A stretch of 64,000 nucleotides of DNA from Patescibacteria group bacterium (GTDB taxonomy: Bacteria; Patescibacteriota; Minisyncoccia; Phycocordibacterales; UBA9973): positions 100,749 to 164,748 of the forward strand of contig JAZKIP010000008.1 of NCBI GenBank assembly GCA_040384805.1, in the 5' to 3' direction. Positions 10,253-19,495 of this stretch are shown here, piece by piece. Made by a program: the position numbers and the translations under genes. Each line of letters starts with the position of its first letter. Position 1 is the first letter of the stretch. The notes below the pieces were generated by a model, which was not told the origin of the DNA, ran no database searches, and worked only from the letters and a program-made list of their open reading frames with translations.

Positions 10253-10723
10253 TTACAGAATCGCAGCCAATTTATCGAGAGACTGATTCCAGCCCATCTT
10301 TGCCATCTCGGCAATTTCCGCAGGATGGCCTTCGTGAAATAATGTGAGCTTGGTCTTTCCTCCCATGTCTTCAAATGTTGCCGTAACCCTCATTTCATCC
10401 GGCCACTTGCCCGGCATGCCGACATCATTCGAAGAAATCTTGTTTCCTTCCGGATCGGTAAAGTAATCTGTCGCAACGATCTTCTGCAGAGGAACAATTT
10501 CCTTGTATTCTCCTCCGGACCAATTGTCCTGCTCTGGAATCCCTGGACCCATCGTCCCGCGCATGCAATAGAGAAACGTACCGCCGACTTTAAAATCAGT
10601 TTTCACTACAGGAGCAGTCCAGTTTTTCGGACCCCACCATTTCATAATTTCTTCAGGCTCTGTCCATGCCTTCCATACTTTCTCAACCGGCGCATCAAAA
10701 ACTCGCTCTATTGTAATATCCAT
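10253..10723 (-). CDS. SRPBCC family protein (AHSA1/Aha1-like)
   Basis: ERVFDAPVEKVWKAWTEPEEIMKWWGP signature. Confidence 0.8.
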   Translation of the reverse strand: MDITIERVFDAPVEKVWKAWTEPEEIMKWWGPKNWTAPVVKTDFKVGGTFLYCMRGTMGPGIPEQDNWSGGEYKEIVPLQKIVATDYFTDPEGNKISSNDVGMPGKWPDEMRVTATFEDMGGKTKLTLFHEGHPAEIAEMAKMGWNQSLDKLAAIL

Positions 10724-10940
10724 ATGATTAATTTTTTATGTACCTCTCGGGTACTCCCTCAAAATCATGAATGCATTTCCGAGCCCAAGTGATCGTTAAT
10801 TACTTTATAAAGTAATGTAATTATATCAGATGTCTTCGGAATCCGAATGGCTCAGAAGCGACTCAGATCAAATATCAATTGCTATAGCCCTTATATTATT
10901 TTTTGATAATATCATATAAATGTGCTATTTTTTTAAAAAT

Positions 10941-10991
10941 GCTTATTTAGTTTCCTTGGATTCTTATGGAGCTCAGGGAAACTAAATAAGC
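10941..10991 (+). promoter_or_regulatory. 15-bp perfect inverted repeat (gcttatttagtttcc / ggaaactaaataagc) with a 21-nt spacer, abutting the start codon at 10997
   Basis: Read directly from the sequence. Confidence 0.35.
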
Positions 10992-10996
10992 ACACA

Positions 10997-11293
10997 ATGA
11001 ACACACCCATCACCACTAGTGACCACAAACCCGTTCTGAAAAGAGGTATTCAGATTGCCGCCACTGACGATAATCCTATTGCATGGTGGCACGGCCGCAG
11101 AGAAGGATCTCTTTTTGCCAAAGTATTCTTCGCCCAAAGAAGCGACACATCCGAAGGAGGCTGGGAAGCGGTCACAAATCAAAACTATAAGGGAGAAGGG
11201 ATGATCGTTTTTATTAAACAGAAGCCTGCGTATGGTCAGCAATTGACCATTACCAATGTTTCCAACAAAACTGCTTTCGCCGATGTCTGTTAG
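10997..11293 (+). CDS. hypothetical protein
   Basis: Preferred over the fully overlapping minus ORF because a terminator follows it and the minus ORF would start inside that hairpin. Confidence 0.35.
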   Translation: MNTPITTSDHKPVLKRGIQIAATDDNPIAWWHGRREGSLFAKVFFAQRSDTSEGGWEAVTNQNYKGEGMIVFIKQKPAYGQQLTITNVSNKTAFADVC

Positions 11294-11314
11294 TATGTTT
11301 TGAAATAATTTCTT

Positions 11315-11348
11315 CGTCTGCGTTATCCCTAACGCAGACGTTTTTATT
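11315..11348. terminator. bidirectional rho-independent terminator
   Basis: cgtctgcgtta-tccc-taacgcagacg followed by ttttt. Confidence 0.6.
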
Positions 11349-11362
11349 ATATTCACGAGCGT

Positions 11363-11839
11363 CTATTCCCGATTATTTCTAAATGCAAGACCTTTTTCCT
11401 TCAATGCCTTTTTTAAAATATCCACCGCTTTCGGCCCCATGCCATGGAGCTTGAGAATCTGAGATTCGGTATACTTGGCAAGCTGTTCGAGTTTCGTAAT
11501 TCGAGCATTGGCAAGCGCTCGCTCCGCAGGTTTTGAAGTCTTAGGGAAAGCGCTTTTCGTCTCAGGCTTTACCAGCTTCCCGTCTTTATACAGCGCCTCA
11601 TGTTCGAGAGCACAGACCTTATTATACCTGACCCAGCTTCCATTCTTCACTCCCTTCTTAAAATGTCCGACTTGCCAAAGATCTCCCGATTCACGGTTGA
11701 ATATCCACTTGCCGTCCATAATTCCATTGACGTATTTTCCTTTGGCTTTTACGATCCCTGTCTTGAAAAAATAAGTAAGAATAGCGCCTTTCTGCTCGTA
11801 TATCTTCTGACCATTTAAATAATGCGTTTTGCCTTGCAT
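11363..11839 (-). CDS. MORN-repeat protein with C-terminal helix-hairpin-helix motif
   Basis: Repeated YxNGxxxGxW units, and a C-terminal LHGMGPKAVDILKKALKEKG segment that looks like an HhH motif. Confidence 0.5.
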   Translation of the reverse strand: MQGKTHYLNGQKIYEQKGAILTYFFKTGIVKAKGKYVNGIMDGKWIFNRESGDLWQVGHFKKGVKNGSWVRYNKVCALEHEALYKDGKLVKPETKSAFPKTSKPAERALANARITKLEQLAKYTESQILKLHGMGPKAVDILKKALKEKGLAFRNNRE

Positions 11840-11928
11840 AAGATAAGTATATCAAATTCTTTTATCCGAACCGAGGAATCCCCAATAGATTAAAAGCCTC
11901 GCAAATGTGCGAAGCTTTTATTATTTTG

Positions 11929-12333
11929 TTAAGTACTACGTTTCTTTTTCTTCTCTGTGTACAGGTGGTAGCTTGGGTCAAGCCAAGTATTATTGATATA
12001 ATTTATAGTTGCTTTAAAAGTAAGATCTTTGAATAATTCATTCCAAGCAATGGTAATTTTCATTTGCTTCCTTGAATGACTTTCTCCTGTTTTCTTAACT
12101 TCTATGCCATTTATAAATTTACAAATCACTTCCAGCCGACGCGGCTTCTGAGGCATTTCGTTGATATGATCGCATATCTGCATCGCGTTCATATTGCCGA
12201 AAAGAGTATGCCAGTGCCTGTGAAGCTTTCCTGTAACATTTGAGATATTGCCTGGGGTTTCCGTTCCGCCGAGTGAGCGAGGCCTCCGGTGATGAGGCTC
12301 AGTCAATATCTTTGGCTTCTTTGCCATAGACAA
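11929..12333 (-). CDS. HNH endonuclease domain protein
   Basis: EPHHRRPRSLGG...N...LHRHWHTLFG HNH pattern. Confidence 0.5.
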   Translation of the reverse strand: MSMAKKPKILTEPHHRRPRSLGGTETPGNISNVTGKLHRHWHTLFGNMNAMQICDHINEMPQKPRRLEVICKFINGIEVKKTGESHSRKQMKITIAWNELFKDLTFKATINYINNTWLDPSYHLYTEKKKKRST

Positions 12334-12483
12334 CGTTTAAGGTTTAGGTGAGCAAATAGGGTTTACTTGCTTAAAATACTACTCTTCTTGAAGGAAGTGT
12401 CAATAAAGGAATATGCCGATAATATCAAATCAAAGACGCCTGAGTCGGGCGTCTTTGATTTGATATGAAGTCTTAAAATGTCG

Positions 12484-12798
12484 TTATTTCCCCCACGCTG
12501 CATTGAAAGCAGCTTTCGCATCCGCATCAGTCACCCCTGGATGATCTTGCTTGTATTTCTCCATCCATACAGCTATATCCACGATGCCCGCTTTAAATGC
12601 GGCATCTACTTCCGCCTCAGTCGCATTGGGATTCTTATTTCTGTAATCCTTTTGCCAATCACTTACACGCTCAAGACCCGCACCCCACTCGTTGAACTTA
12701 TCTTTGAATACGACATATCTGGCAAGTAATGCCACTACAATAAGGATTAATACAACAAGAAGCACTTTGTGTGACGTTTTCATATGTATAGTATACAC
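12484..12798 (-). CDS. small membrane-anchored protein
   Basis: N-terminal TM helix. Confidence 0.45.
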   Translation of the reverse strand: MYTIHMKTSHKVLLVVLILIVVALLARYVVFKDKFNEWGAGLERVSDWQKDYRNKNPNATEAEVDAAFKAGIVDIAVWMEKYKQDHPGVTDADAKAAFNAAWGK

Positions 12799-12835
12799 CT
12801 TATGGGCTTATATGCCCGTCCAGAGATCACACTTT

Positions 12836-13339
12836 TTAACGAGAAAGTGGGAATTCCGAGACAGTTTCATATTCGTATGCAGGCGGGTTCTGATCAGGCA
12901 AGGCTTCTTCGAATGTTTTGCGCTTCACGAGGTATGATTTTTCTCCCTGTACTATTTTAAAGCGATACCCCAGTCCTGCGCTATAGCATTGGATATTCAA
13001 TGTACCCGGCACACTATCTTTATCGGAGTCCGGCAGATCATTGCAGCTGCCATGTGTCGTATCAACCAATTTCCTTTGGACTTCCCCGCCTGGGTATTTC
13101 GCTTCAAGGAAAATATTAGTATTGGGGATACCATCGAGGTTCAATGAGTCAGCCTTCTCGTATTTCCATGCAAACACCGGAGGTTCGGCAGTTTCCATAT
13201 TTCCCTGTAGAGAAGGCTGAACCATCTCCGTATCCCTTGCAGGAGAAAAATAAGTCTTATATGCAAAAATCCCCAATAACACAATGAGTAATAAAGTAAA
13301 AACAACGGCTCTGTATACAAAGAATTTTCGTATTGTCAT
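12836..13339 (-). CDS. membrane-anchored hypothetical protein
   Basis: N-terminal TM helix. Confidence 0.45.
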   Translation of the reverse strand: MTIRKFFVYRAVVFTLLLIVLLGIFAYKTYFSPARDTEMVQPSLQGNMETAEPPVFAWKYEKADSLNLDGIPNTNIFLEAKYPGGEVQRKLVDTTHGSCNDLPDSDKDSVPGTLNIQCYSAGLGYRFKIVQGEKSYLVKRKTFEEALPDQNPPAYEYETVSEFPLSR

Positions 13340-13375
13340 GATTTTTACAGTATAACAAATTATCTATAATAATGA

Positions 13376-14206
13376 TTATGTAAAATAATTTCTCACTAAA
13401 TAGAGCGGGTTCACCTTTTTCAAATACGCATATATTTTGCCTCTAAAATTCTCATAGACTTCAAGGGCTGTCTTATTTTCTATAACAAGATATTCATTAT
13501 TGCGGCGCGTAAAATATTTTTGAGGAATATCTTTCGTAAGTTTTCTTGATTTGAAGATAAACTCAATCGCGAATGGCGAGGATGTCGGGATAGGAGCGAT
13601 CGTCTTATCAACCGCTTCCTCTGCAGCTTTTTCGATCTTTTCATATATAAGATCCGGCGATGGCGTCTCTTTCTGATTTTTTGTTTCGATACAGACCGTT
13701 TCGCCTCCATACTGCTTCATTTCCTCAATGGCGAGAGAATCTCCGGTTATCAAAGCGACTGGAACATGCATGCTTCCGGCGACGTATGACCAGAGGCCGG
13801 TTTCACCGATTGTTTTGCCGGCAACTCGCATCGTTTTTATGGCGTATCTCATCGTATGAGCATAACGGGCAAAAGTCCCGGCACCTCCATGAAAGCCAAG
13901 AAGAAAGATCTTCTCTATTGAGCCCGATCTCAATAAGTCCCCCTCCCCGTCTCTTATGAGCGTCACACCGGAAGGCAGGTCTTTCTCGAAAAAATTCAAA
14001 TGCACCCAGTGCCAATCAAGCACGACGATTTCTTCGGGGTGGATGCCAGCGTTGAGAGCCCCCGCTATAGCGGCATTAACTTCCCTGACGAGCAATCGAC
14101 GCTTGGGATAATACGTTGGAAAGCCGGGAACCGTCGACCAAATATGGCTCATAGGAATCCCAGCGATTCCTTCCATATCAACAACTATTAAAAGTCTTTT
14201 GTTCAT
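13376..14206 (-). CDS. M55 family D-aminopeptidase (DppA-like)
   Basis: MNKRLLIVVDMEGIAGI start and overall collinearity with Bacillus DppA. Confidence 0.8.
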   Translation of the reverse strand: MNKRLLIVVDMEGIAGIPMSHIWSTVPGFPTYYPKRRLLVREVNAAIAGALNAGIHPEEIVVLDWHWVHLNFFEKDLPSGVTLIRDGEGDLLRSGSIEKIFLLGFHGGAGTFARYAHTMRYAIKTMRVAGKTIGETGLWSYVAGSMHVPVALITGDSLAIEEMKQYGGETVCIETKNQKETPSPDLIYEKIEKAAEEAVDKTIAPIPTSSPFAIEFIFKSRKLTKDIPQKYFTRRNNEYLVIENKTALEVYENFRGKIYAYLKKVNPLYLVRNYFT

Positions 14207-14449
14207 ATATATTGATCAGTATATTACTTGTTTGAAATCTTAACTAATGATTAAACACCTCATTGCGCGTTTTGTCGTAGTGGACGGATTCTTGCGATCA
14301 TACAAACATCAAGGATAATTATTACTTTATGAAAAATTCATCACTTTTTTAACATTCTTTCATGCTGCTGTTGGTACCCTATTTAATGAAGACATGCGCG
14401 CATTTTTTATTTATTATTTTTAACGCGCGTCATTCCTCCATATTATCAT

Positions 14450-16771
14450 ATGCATAAAAAAGCGGGCCTTACTTTGTTTATTATCTTATCTCTTCTTGTG
14501 ATGCCATATGGGAGTTCTCTCCACGCAGCCGACGGAAGCGGAACGGGAGCGGTAAGCCCAACTTCAGCCGTTGCCGGATCAACAGGCAATGAATTTCAAT
14601 TTACCTATACCGCAGCCGAAACTATGAACGGGGGCGGGGTGCGAGTTACCCTTCCCGCGGGATGGAGCGCTCCGCAGACAACGACGGGCGTAGCGGGCAA
14701 AGTTACTATAAGTTCAACAGGCATAATCGCGAGGACGGAGAATAATCTCGACTCAGCAACAGGATGGAACACATCCGGGCTTGCCGTTGTTAATCTCTCT
14801 TCAGATACGGGTATTAAAAAGGAAGGCACAGCGAGCTTGAAAGCGGCGGTCGGAGTGAGTATCGGCGCAACCAAGCTGTATTACGATTACGGTTCGGCCC
14901 AAAACTGGTCCGGCTACACTAAAGTAGGTTTCTGGGTGAGAAGCGATGCGGCCCTTCTTCTTGGCGATGCAACATTCAGCATCTCTTCGGCAACAGGTCT
15001 CCCGACAGGAGGCGGTTCGACCGGTACGATTAATCTTACGGCGTTAAGCGGAGGCGCGTGGACATACGTAACCGTCGATATTTCGGGAGTCTCCGGCGCG
15101 ATCAAGTCAAGCGTCAGGAGCATCGGATTTACTCTTCCGATCGCATCAGTACTTACAAACTTTTATTTCGACAGCATTGTCGTCGGTCCAGGGACCGCGC
15201 CAATGCTTTCAGGCCAATCCATTGAAGTCCCTCTTCTTGAGCTTGGAACAAGCGGGACAGTTACAATCAACTACGGATCCGGAGGCGGTACGAGCGGCGT
15301 TACAGTTCCTACAGCTGCTGCTGCGGCAACCATTGATTTAGATTCCCGCCTCGACCCTTCAAGCGCGTATGTCAATCTTGCAGTTCAGCCCCAGATTACC
15401 ATATCGCCGGGAACCGGAACAACGCTTCAATTTACGACCGAACCGACAAGCATAAGCGCAGGCGCGACCATATCGCCGACAGTCGTGACCCTCAAAGACC
15501 AGTACGGCAATACTGTCGTTGGAAATAGTACGACGAATGTCGCTATCGGCCTTAACTCCCCTCCGTCCGGCGTCACTCTTTCAGGAACAACGACAAGAAC
15601 AATGGCCGCAGGAATCGCAACATTTAACGATCTGTCAATCAATCTTCCGGCAAGCAGCATCTCCTTTGTCGCAAGCGCAAGCGGAGCGACGGATGCCACA
15701 TCTTCAACCCATGCTGTCTTAGGGAGCCTGATCACCGAGTCGGGCGGAGGGACAAGCATAACCGAAGGCGGAGCAACCGATATCATAAGCGTCGTCCTTC
15801 CTTCTATACCGACATCGGATGTTACTGTCGACTTTTCTCATGACGGAGATCTTTCCATGTCAGACGAGACACTGACCTTTACCGCTCTTGACTGGAATGT
15901 GCCGCAAGACATAGAGATCACCGCGGTCAATGACACTGCCGTCGAAGGAACAGAAACAAGCACGATTACTCATCTTGTCACAAGCGTCGACGGTCGCTAT
16001 CACGGAGCCTTGGGAGCATCCGTTCTGGTTTCTATAACTGACAATGATGTCTCATCGGGCGGTGGAGGTGGAGGGGGTGGTGGCGGGGGTGGAAGCACGA
16101 CAAGCGGAGGTGGAGGAAGTACAGGCACGATCCCGACAACAGATATTGATGGAGATGGAATCTCTGAAAGCGCTCAGAATGCGGACGGCAATGCTACGAA
16201 CGGATACGAGAAATATATGGGAGGCGGAAAGACCACTGCACTCGCAATCATTGACGGCGATGGCGATGGAAGAATGGATTTCTTTATCGACACGAACAAC
16301 AATGGTATCCCGGAGAAATATTGGGATCCGGACGGCAAGGTTTTGAGTTCCATACAAATGAAAGACATGAATAACGATGGCACGATGGACTGGCTTTACG
16401 ATGCCAACGGCGACGGTGTTATGGATCACTACTATGACCCTGTACAAAAGAAAATATTCCTCATCTCCGGAGTTCCAGTGACGTCTTCTGTCTCTGTCCT
16501 TCCCTCTTCCTGTACCCTATATGGAAATCAAGGGACGAGCGTGAAGAGGAAATCAACGGGTACGCCCGCATGGGGAGTGCAGATGGCAATCAATCAGATG
16601 GGCATTCTCCCGGTCCCTCTTGTCATCGACAGCAAGATAGGATCGAAATCAGTAGCGGGTATCCAGATGGCTCAAAAAATGACCGGTATAAAATCAGATG
16701 GATTATGGGGCCCTATAACCGAGGGAACATACAAAACTTGGGTCAAGGCAGGTTGTCCGAAGTTACAATAA
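14450..16771 (+). CDS. large secreted cell-surface protein with Ig-like repeats, Gly-rich linker, Dx[DN]xDG calcium-binding-type repeats and a C-terminal peptidoglycan-binding domain
   Basis: Signal peptide, a poly-Gly run, DIDGDGI / IDGDGDG / DMNNDG / DANGDG repeats, and a C-terminal VAGIQMAQKMTGIKSDGLWGPITEGTYKTW segment that resembles PG_binding_1. Confidence 0.8.
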   Translation: MHKKAGLTLFIILSLLVMPYGSSLHAADGSGTGAVSPTSAVAGSTGNEFQFTYTAAETMNGGGVRVTLPAGWSAPQTTTGVAGKVTISSTGIIARTENNLDSATGWNTSGLAVVNLSSDTGIKKEGTASLKAAVGVSIGATKLYYDYGSAQNWSGYTKVGFWVRSDAALLLGDATFSISSATGLPTGGGSTGTINLTALSGGAWTYVTVDISGVSGAIKSSVRSIGFTLPIASVLTNFYFDSIVVGPGTAPMLSGQSIEVPLLELGTSGTVTINYGSGGGTSGVTVPTAAAAATIDLDSRLDPSSAYVNLAVQPQITISPGTGTTLQFTTEPTSISAGATISPTVVTLKDQYGNTVVGNSTTNVAIGLNSPPSGVTLSGTTTRTMAAGIATFNDLSINLPASSISFVASASGATDATSSTHAVLGSLITESGGGTSITEGGATDIISVVLPSIPTSDVTVDFSHDGDLSMSDETLTFTALDWNVPQDIEITAVNDTAVEGTETSTITHLVTSVDGRYHGALGASVLVSITDNDVSSGGGGGGGGGGGGSTTSGGGGSTGTIPTTDIDGDGISESAQNADGNATNGYEKYMGGGKTTALAIIDGDGDGRMDFFIDTNNNGIPEKYWDPDGKVLSSIQMKDMNNDGTMDWLYDANGDGVMDHYYDPVQKKIFLISGVPVTSSVSVLPSSCTLYGNQGTSVKRKSTGTPAWGVQMAINQMGILPVPLVIDSKIGSKSVAGIQMAQKMTGIKSDGLWGPITEGTYKTWVKAGCPKLQ

Positions 16772-16793
16772 ATAAGAAGAATCCTCAGAGAGA

Positions 16794-16833
16794 AAATCCC
16801 TACGCGCTATGATATAGCGCGTAGGGATTTTTC
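16794..16833 (+). terminator. rho-independent terminator
   Basis: aatccctacgcgc-tatgatata-gcgcgtaggg followed by atttttc. Confidence 0.6.
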
Positions 16834-16963
16834 AAATTGCCTGATATGGGACTAGCTTGCTAGCGCGGCGTATGTCATGGTCATATTCTATATCAGTGAG
16901 GTGATGCAAAGGTATTGAAACATTACGCTCTATTGACTTTTGGGTAAAATAATATATAGTTTT

Positions 16964-18310
16964 ATGAACTTTTATGGTATCTGGGAATCAATAAACATTC
17001 TTTTAAACCGGCCTATTACCCCAGTCTATAGTCCACAAAACCTACTAAACTTGGAAAAGATTAAAGTAACTACTCCCATCGTTGAGTTGGATGGTGATGA
17101 GATGGCACGCATAATGTGGCACCTCATCAAAAACAATCTCATTCTCCCTTTTGTGGATCTCCCCATCGCATATTTTGATTTATCGATCCAAAACCGGGAT
17201 GAAACCAATGATCAGATTACGACCAAGGCAGCCAACGCAATCGCTTATTACGGCGTGGGCGTTAAATGCGCCACGATCACCCCTGACGAGGCACGCGTAA
17301 AAGAATTCAATTTAAAGCAAATGTGGAAGAGCCCCAACGGCACCATCCGTAATATTCTGGATGGCACGGTTTTCAGAGAGCCAATTGTCATCGGCAATGT
17401 ACCCCGGCTGGTACGAAGCTGGAACACGCCTTTTATCATTGGTCGCCATGCATACGGCGATCAATACAAAGCGGCAGAGCTTGATATAAAAGGCAAAGGT
17501 AAGGTCACACTACTGTTTACGCCTGACGAAGGTGATCCGGTACGGCTCGAAGTGCACAATTTCAAAGGCAATGGCGTAGCAATGGCTATGCATAACACCG
17601 ATGAAAGCATTTACGGCTTCGCCCGGAGCTGTTTCAACATGGCATTAAGCAAAAAAATGCCTCTGTACTTAAGCACCAAAAACACAATTCTCAAAACATA
17701 CGACGGAAGGTTTAAAAACATCTTCCAGGAAGTGTATGAGAAGGAGTTTGCCGGGAGATTCGGCAAGGCAGGCATATTTTACCGCCACGAACTGATAGAC
17801 AACATGGTGGCAACTGCCCTGAAAAGCTCGGGGGGCTTCGTGTGGGCCTGCAAAAATTATGACGGCGACGTACAAAGCGATGCCGCCGCTCAGGGTTACG
17901 GCAGTTTGGGTTTGATGAAAAGCATCCTGCTTACGCCTGATGGCTCAATCGTTGAGGCAGAGGCCGCGCACGGAACAGTTACGGCTCACTACAGGCGCTG
18001 GCAACAAATCCAGAAAAGCAATGGAACGCTTGAAAACGACATCAGTACAAATCCGATTGCATCGATTTTTGCATGGACCGGGGGTCTGAAGCACCGCGCG
18101 AAGCTTGATGACAATGATCATCTCGCTGAATTCTGCGAACTGCTGGAATATTCTGTGATCGAGACAGTAGAAGCCGGCAGATTCACCAGAGATATAGCAA
18201 TGCTTGTTCACGACACTCAAAAACCTGCCAGGGAAACATGGCTCACAACTGAGGAATTCATTAATGCAGTTGCTGAAGCAGTAAAAGCAAAATTACCCGT
18301 TGTTGCTTAA
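16964..18310 (+). CDS. icd: NADP-dependent isocitrate dehydrogenase, eukaryotic-type homodimeric family
   Basis: Near-collinear match to IDH1/IDH2 signatures, including GDEMTR-like [41 protein letters not shown] and [11 protein letters not shown]. The start is uncertain: the ORF track uses TTG at 16940, there is an ATG at 16964, and conserved alignment begins near a TTG at 17051. Confidence 0.9.
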   Translation: MNFYGIWESINILLNRPITPVYSPQNLLNLEKIKVTTPIVELDGDEMARIMWHLIKNNLILPFVDLPIAYFDLSIQNRDETNDQITTKAANAIAYYGVGVKCATITPDEARVKEFNLKQMWKSPNGTIRNILDGTVFREPIVIGNVPRLVRSWNTPFIIGRHAYGDQYKAAELDIKGKGKVTLLFTPDEGDPVRLEVHNFKGNGVAMAMHNTDESIYGFARSCFNMALSKKMPLYLSTKNTILKTYDGRFKNIFQEVYEKEFAGRFGKAGIFYRHELIDNMVATALKSSGGFVWACKNYDGDVQSDAAAQGYGSLGLMKSILLTPDGSIVEAEAAHGTVTAHYRRWQQIQKSNGTLENDISTNPIASIFAWTGGLKHRAKLDDNDHLAEFCELLEYSVIETVEAGRFTRDIAMLVHDTQKPARETWLTTEEFINAVAEAVKAKLPVVA

Positions 18311-18337
18311 ATTTTCTTTTTAATTAGTTAGTAAACG

Positions 18338-18378
18338 CGATATCCCCTTGTAACGAAAGTTATGGGGGATATTTTTTT
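18338..18378 (+). terminator. rho-independent terminator after icd
   Basis: atatcccc...ggggatat stem followed by ttttttt. Confidence 0.55.
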
Positions 18379-18507
18379 GCCTCATGCAAGGCATTAATTT
18401 TTCATCTGGAACAAAGCTATTTTTATTATTAAAACATAAGCTTAAGCTCGGGTGAACCGAATTCACGAATAAATCCTCTCGCGCGGAGGCAACCTAGCAT
18501 GACATGG

Positions 18508-19116
18508 CTAGATTAGAGGATTATCACCTAGATTCATATCTTTCTTGTAGCGCTCGATCACTTCCGGATGCTTTCCCTCTTTGCACTCCGCCACAAATGC
18601 ATCCGCGCGCGCGGCGTCAGGGAATGTCATGTATGCCAATGCGGACCCGCACACCGCATCAATATTAAGTCTGCCGCTTACCGGCACGGATGAGGATTCG
18701 ATCATCTTGGTAATCGTAAATATGCCTTTCATATTATATTTTGCCCATTGATCTGAACTGAGCGCCTCTTTGATGACAACGAATCCTTCTGCGGTTATAT
18801 GGGCCCGGGTTTGGAATTGATTCATAGCGTCTGCCGATGCTCCGAAATTCACCGCATAGTAGACACCATCATCTGTTTGAAGGCCAAAGGCGCATTCTTC
18901 GGTCTGAGGTCCCTTCGTATCAAGATGCGGCAAGCACACATATGTGCCCGAGAGAGTAACACTGTACGGAGTCGGATCAAGCTCTACGGATGCCGTATCG
19001 ATGCTTGAACGCGCAAGGAGGTATCCCCCTATGCACGCAATAATGATGATAATAAGAGATCCGACGAGATTTTTGTGGTAAGAGGTCATAAGGAGATTAT
19101 ATACTAAATAAATCAA
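18508..19116 (-). CDS. membrane-anchored hypothetical protein
   Basis: TM helix near the N-terminus. The start is possibly the second Met (MTSYHK). Confidence 0.45.
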   Translation of the reverse strand: MIYLVYNLLMTSYHKNLVGSLIIIIIACIGGYLLARSSIDTASVELDPTPYSVTLSGTYVCLPHLDTKGPQTEECAFGLQTDDGVYYAVNFGASADAMNQFQTRAHITAEGFVVIKEALSSDQWAKYNMKGIFTITKMIESSSVPVSGRLNIDAVCGSALAYMTFPDAARADAFVAECKEGKHPEVIERYKKDMNLGDNPLI

Positions 19117-19162
19117 TCAAGGATCAGGATAAGTGAATAAATCTCTTAGTAGGCATTTTGCC

Positions 19163-19495
19163 CTACTTAAAAAACAGGAATCTTATTCCTATACCCGCGA
19201 TGATTGAGGCGATGTTTACAATGAAAGACAGAGTCAAAGACCTTTTGATTGATATATTTAACAACAGGCAATAAAGAATGGCTTCACATACAACAACGCT
19301 CATCTCAACCAAAAGGTATGACGATGACCTTACTTGCAGGAAATAAATCGCCAACGGATGCGTAAAACAATTAACTAGCACAATCGCTAAAATCCACTCT
19401 TTTTTCTTCAAAGGTCTTTGTATTGAGAGAATGACGACTAATTCCGTTATAAGAGTAGTCATAAAAGCTATTATTATTCCTGTTTCAATAAACAT
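19163..19495 (-). CDS. small multi-TM membrane protein
   Basis: Hydrophobic throughout; its start overlaps the stop of the upstream gene. Confidence 0.4.
   Translation of the reverse strand: MFIETGIIIAFMTTLITELVVILSIQRPLKKKEWILAIVLVNCFTHPLAIYFLQVRSSSYLLVEMSVVVCEAILYCLLLNISIKRSLTLSFIVNIASIIAGIGIRFLFFK

Noticed and set aside
10982-11356. 124-aa minus-strand ORF overlapping the 10997..11293 plus ORF
   Set aside because: Its start would lie inside the terminator hairpin at 11315..11348, so the plus-strand ORF was preferred, with low confidence.
14605-15786. Several minus-strand ORFs inside the surface-protein gene
   Set aside because: They are antisense to a long GC-rich repeat-containing CDS. 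High GC suppresses stop codons.
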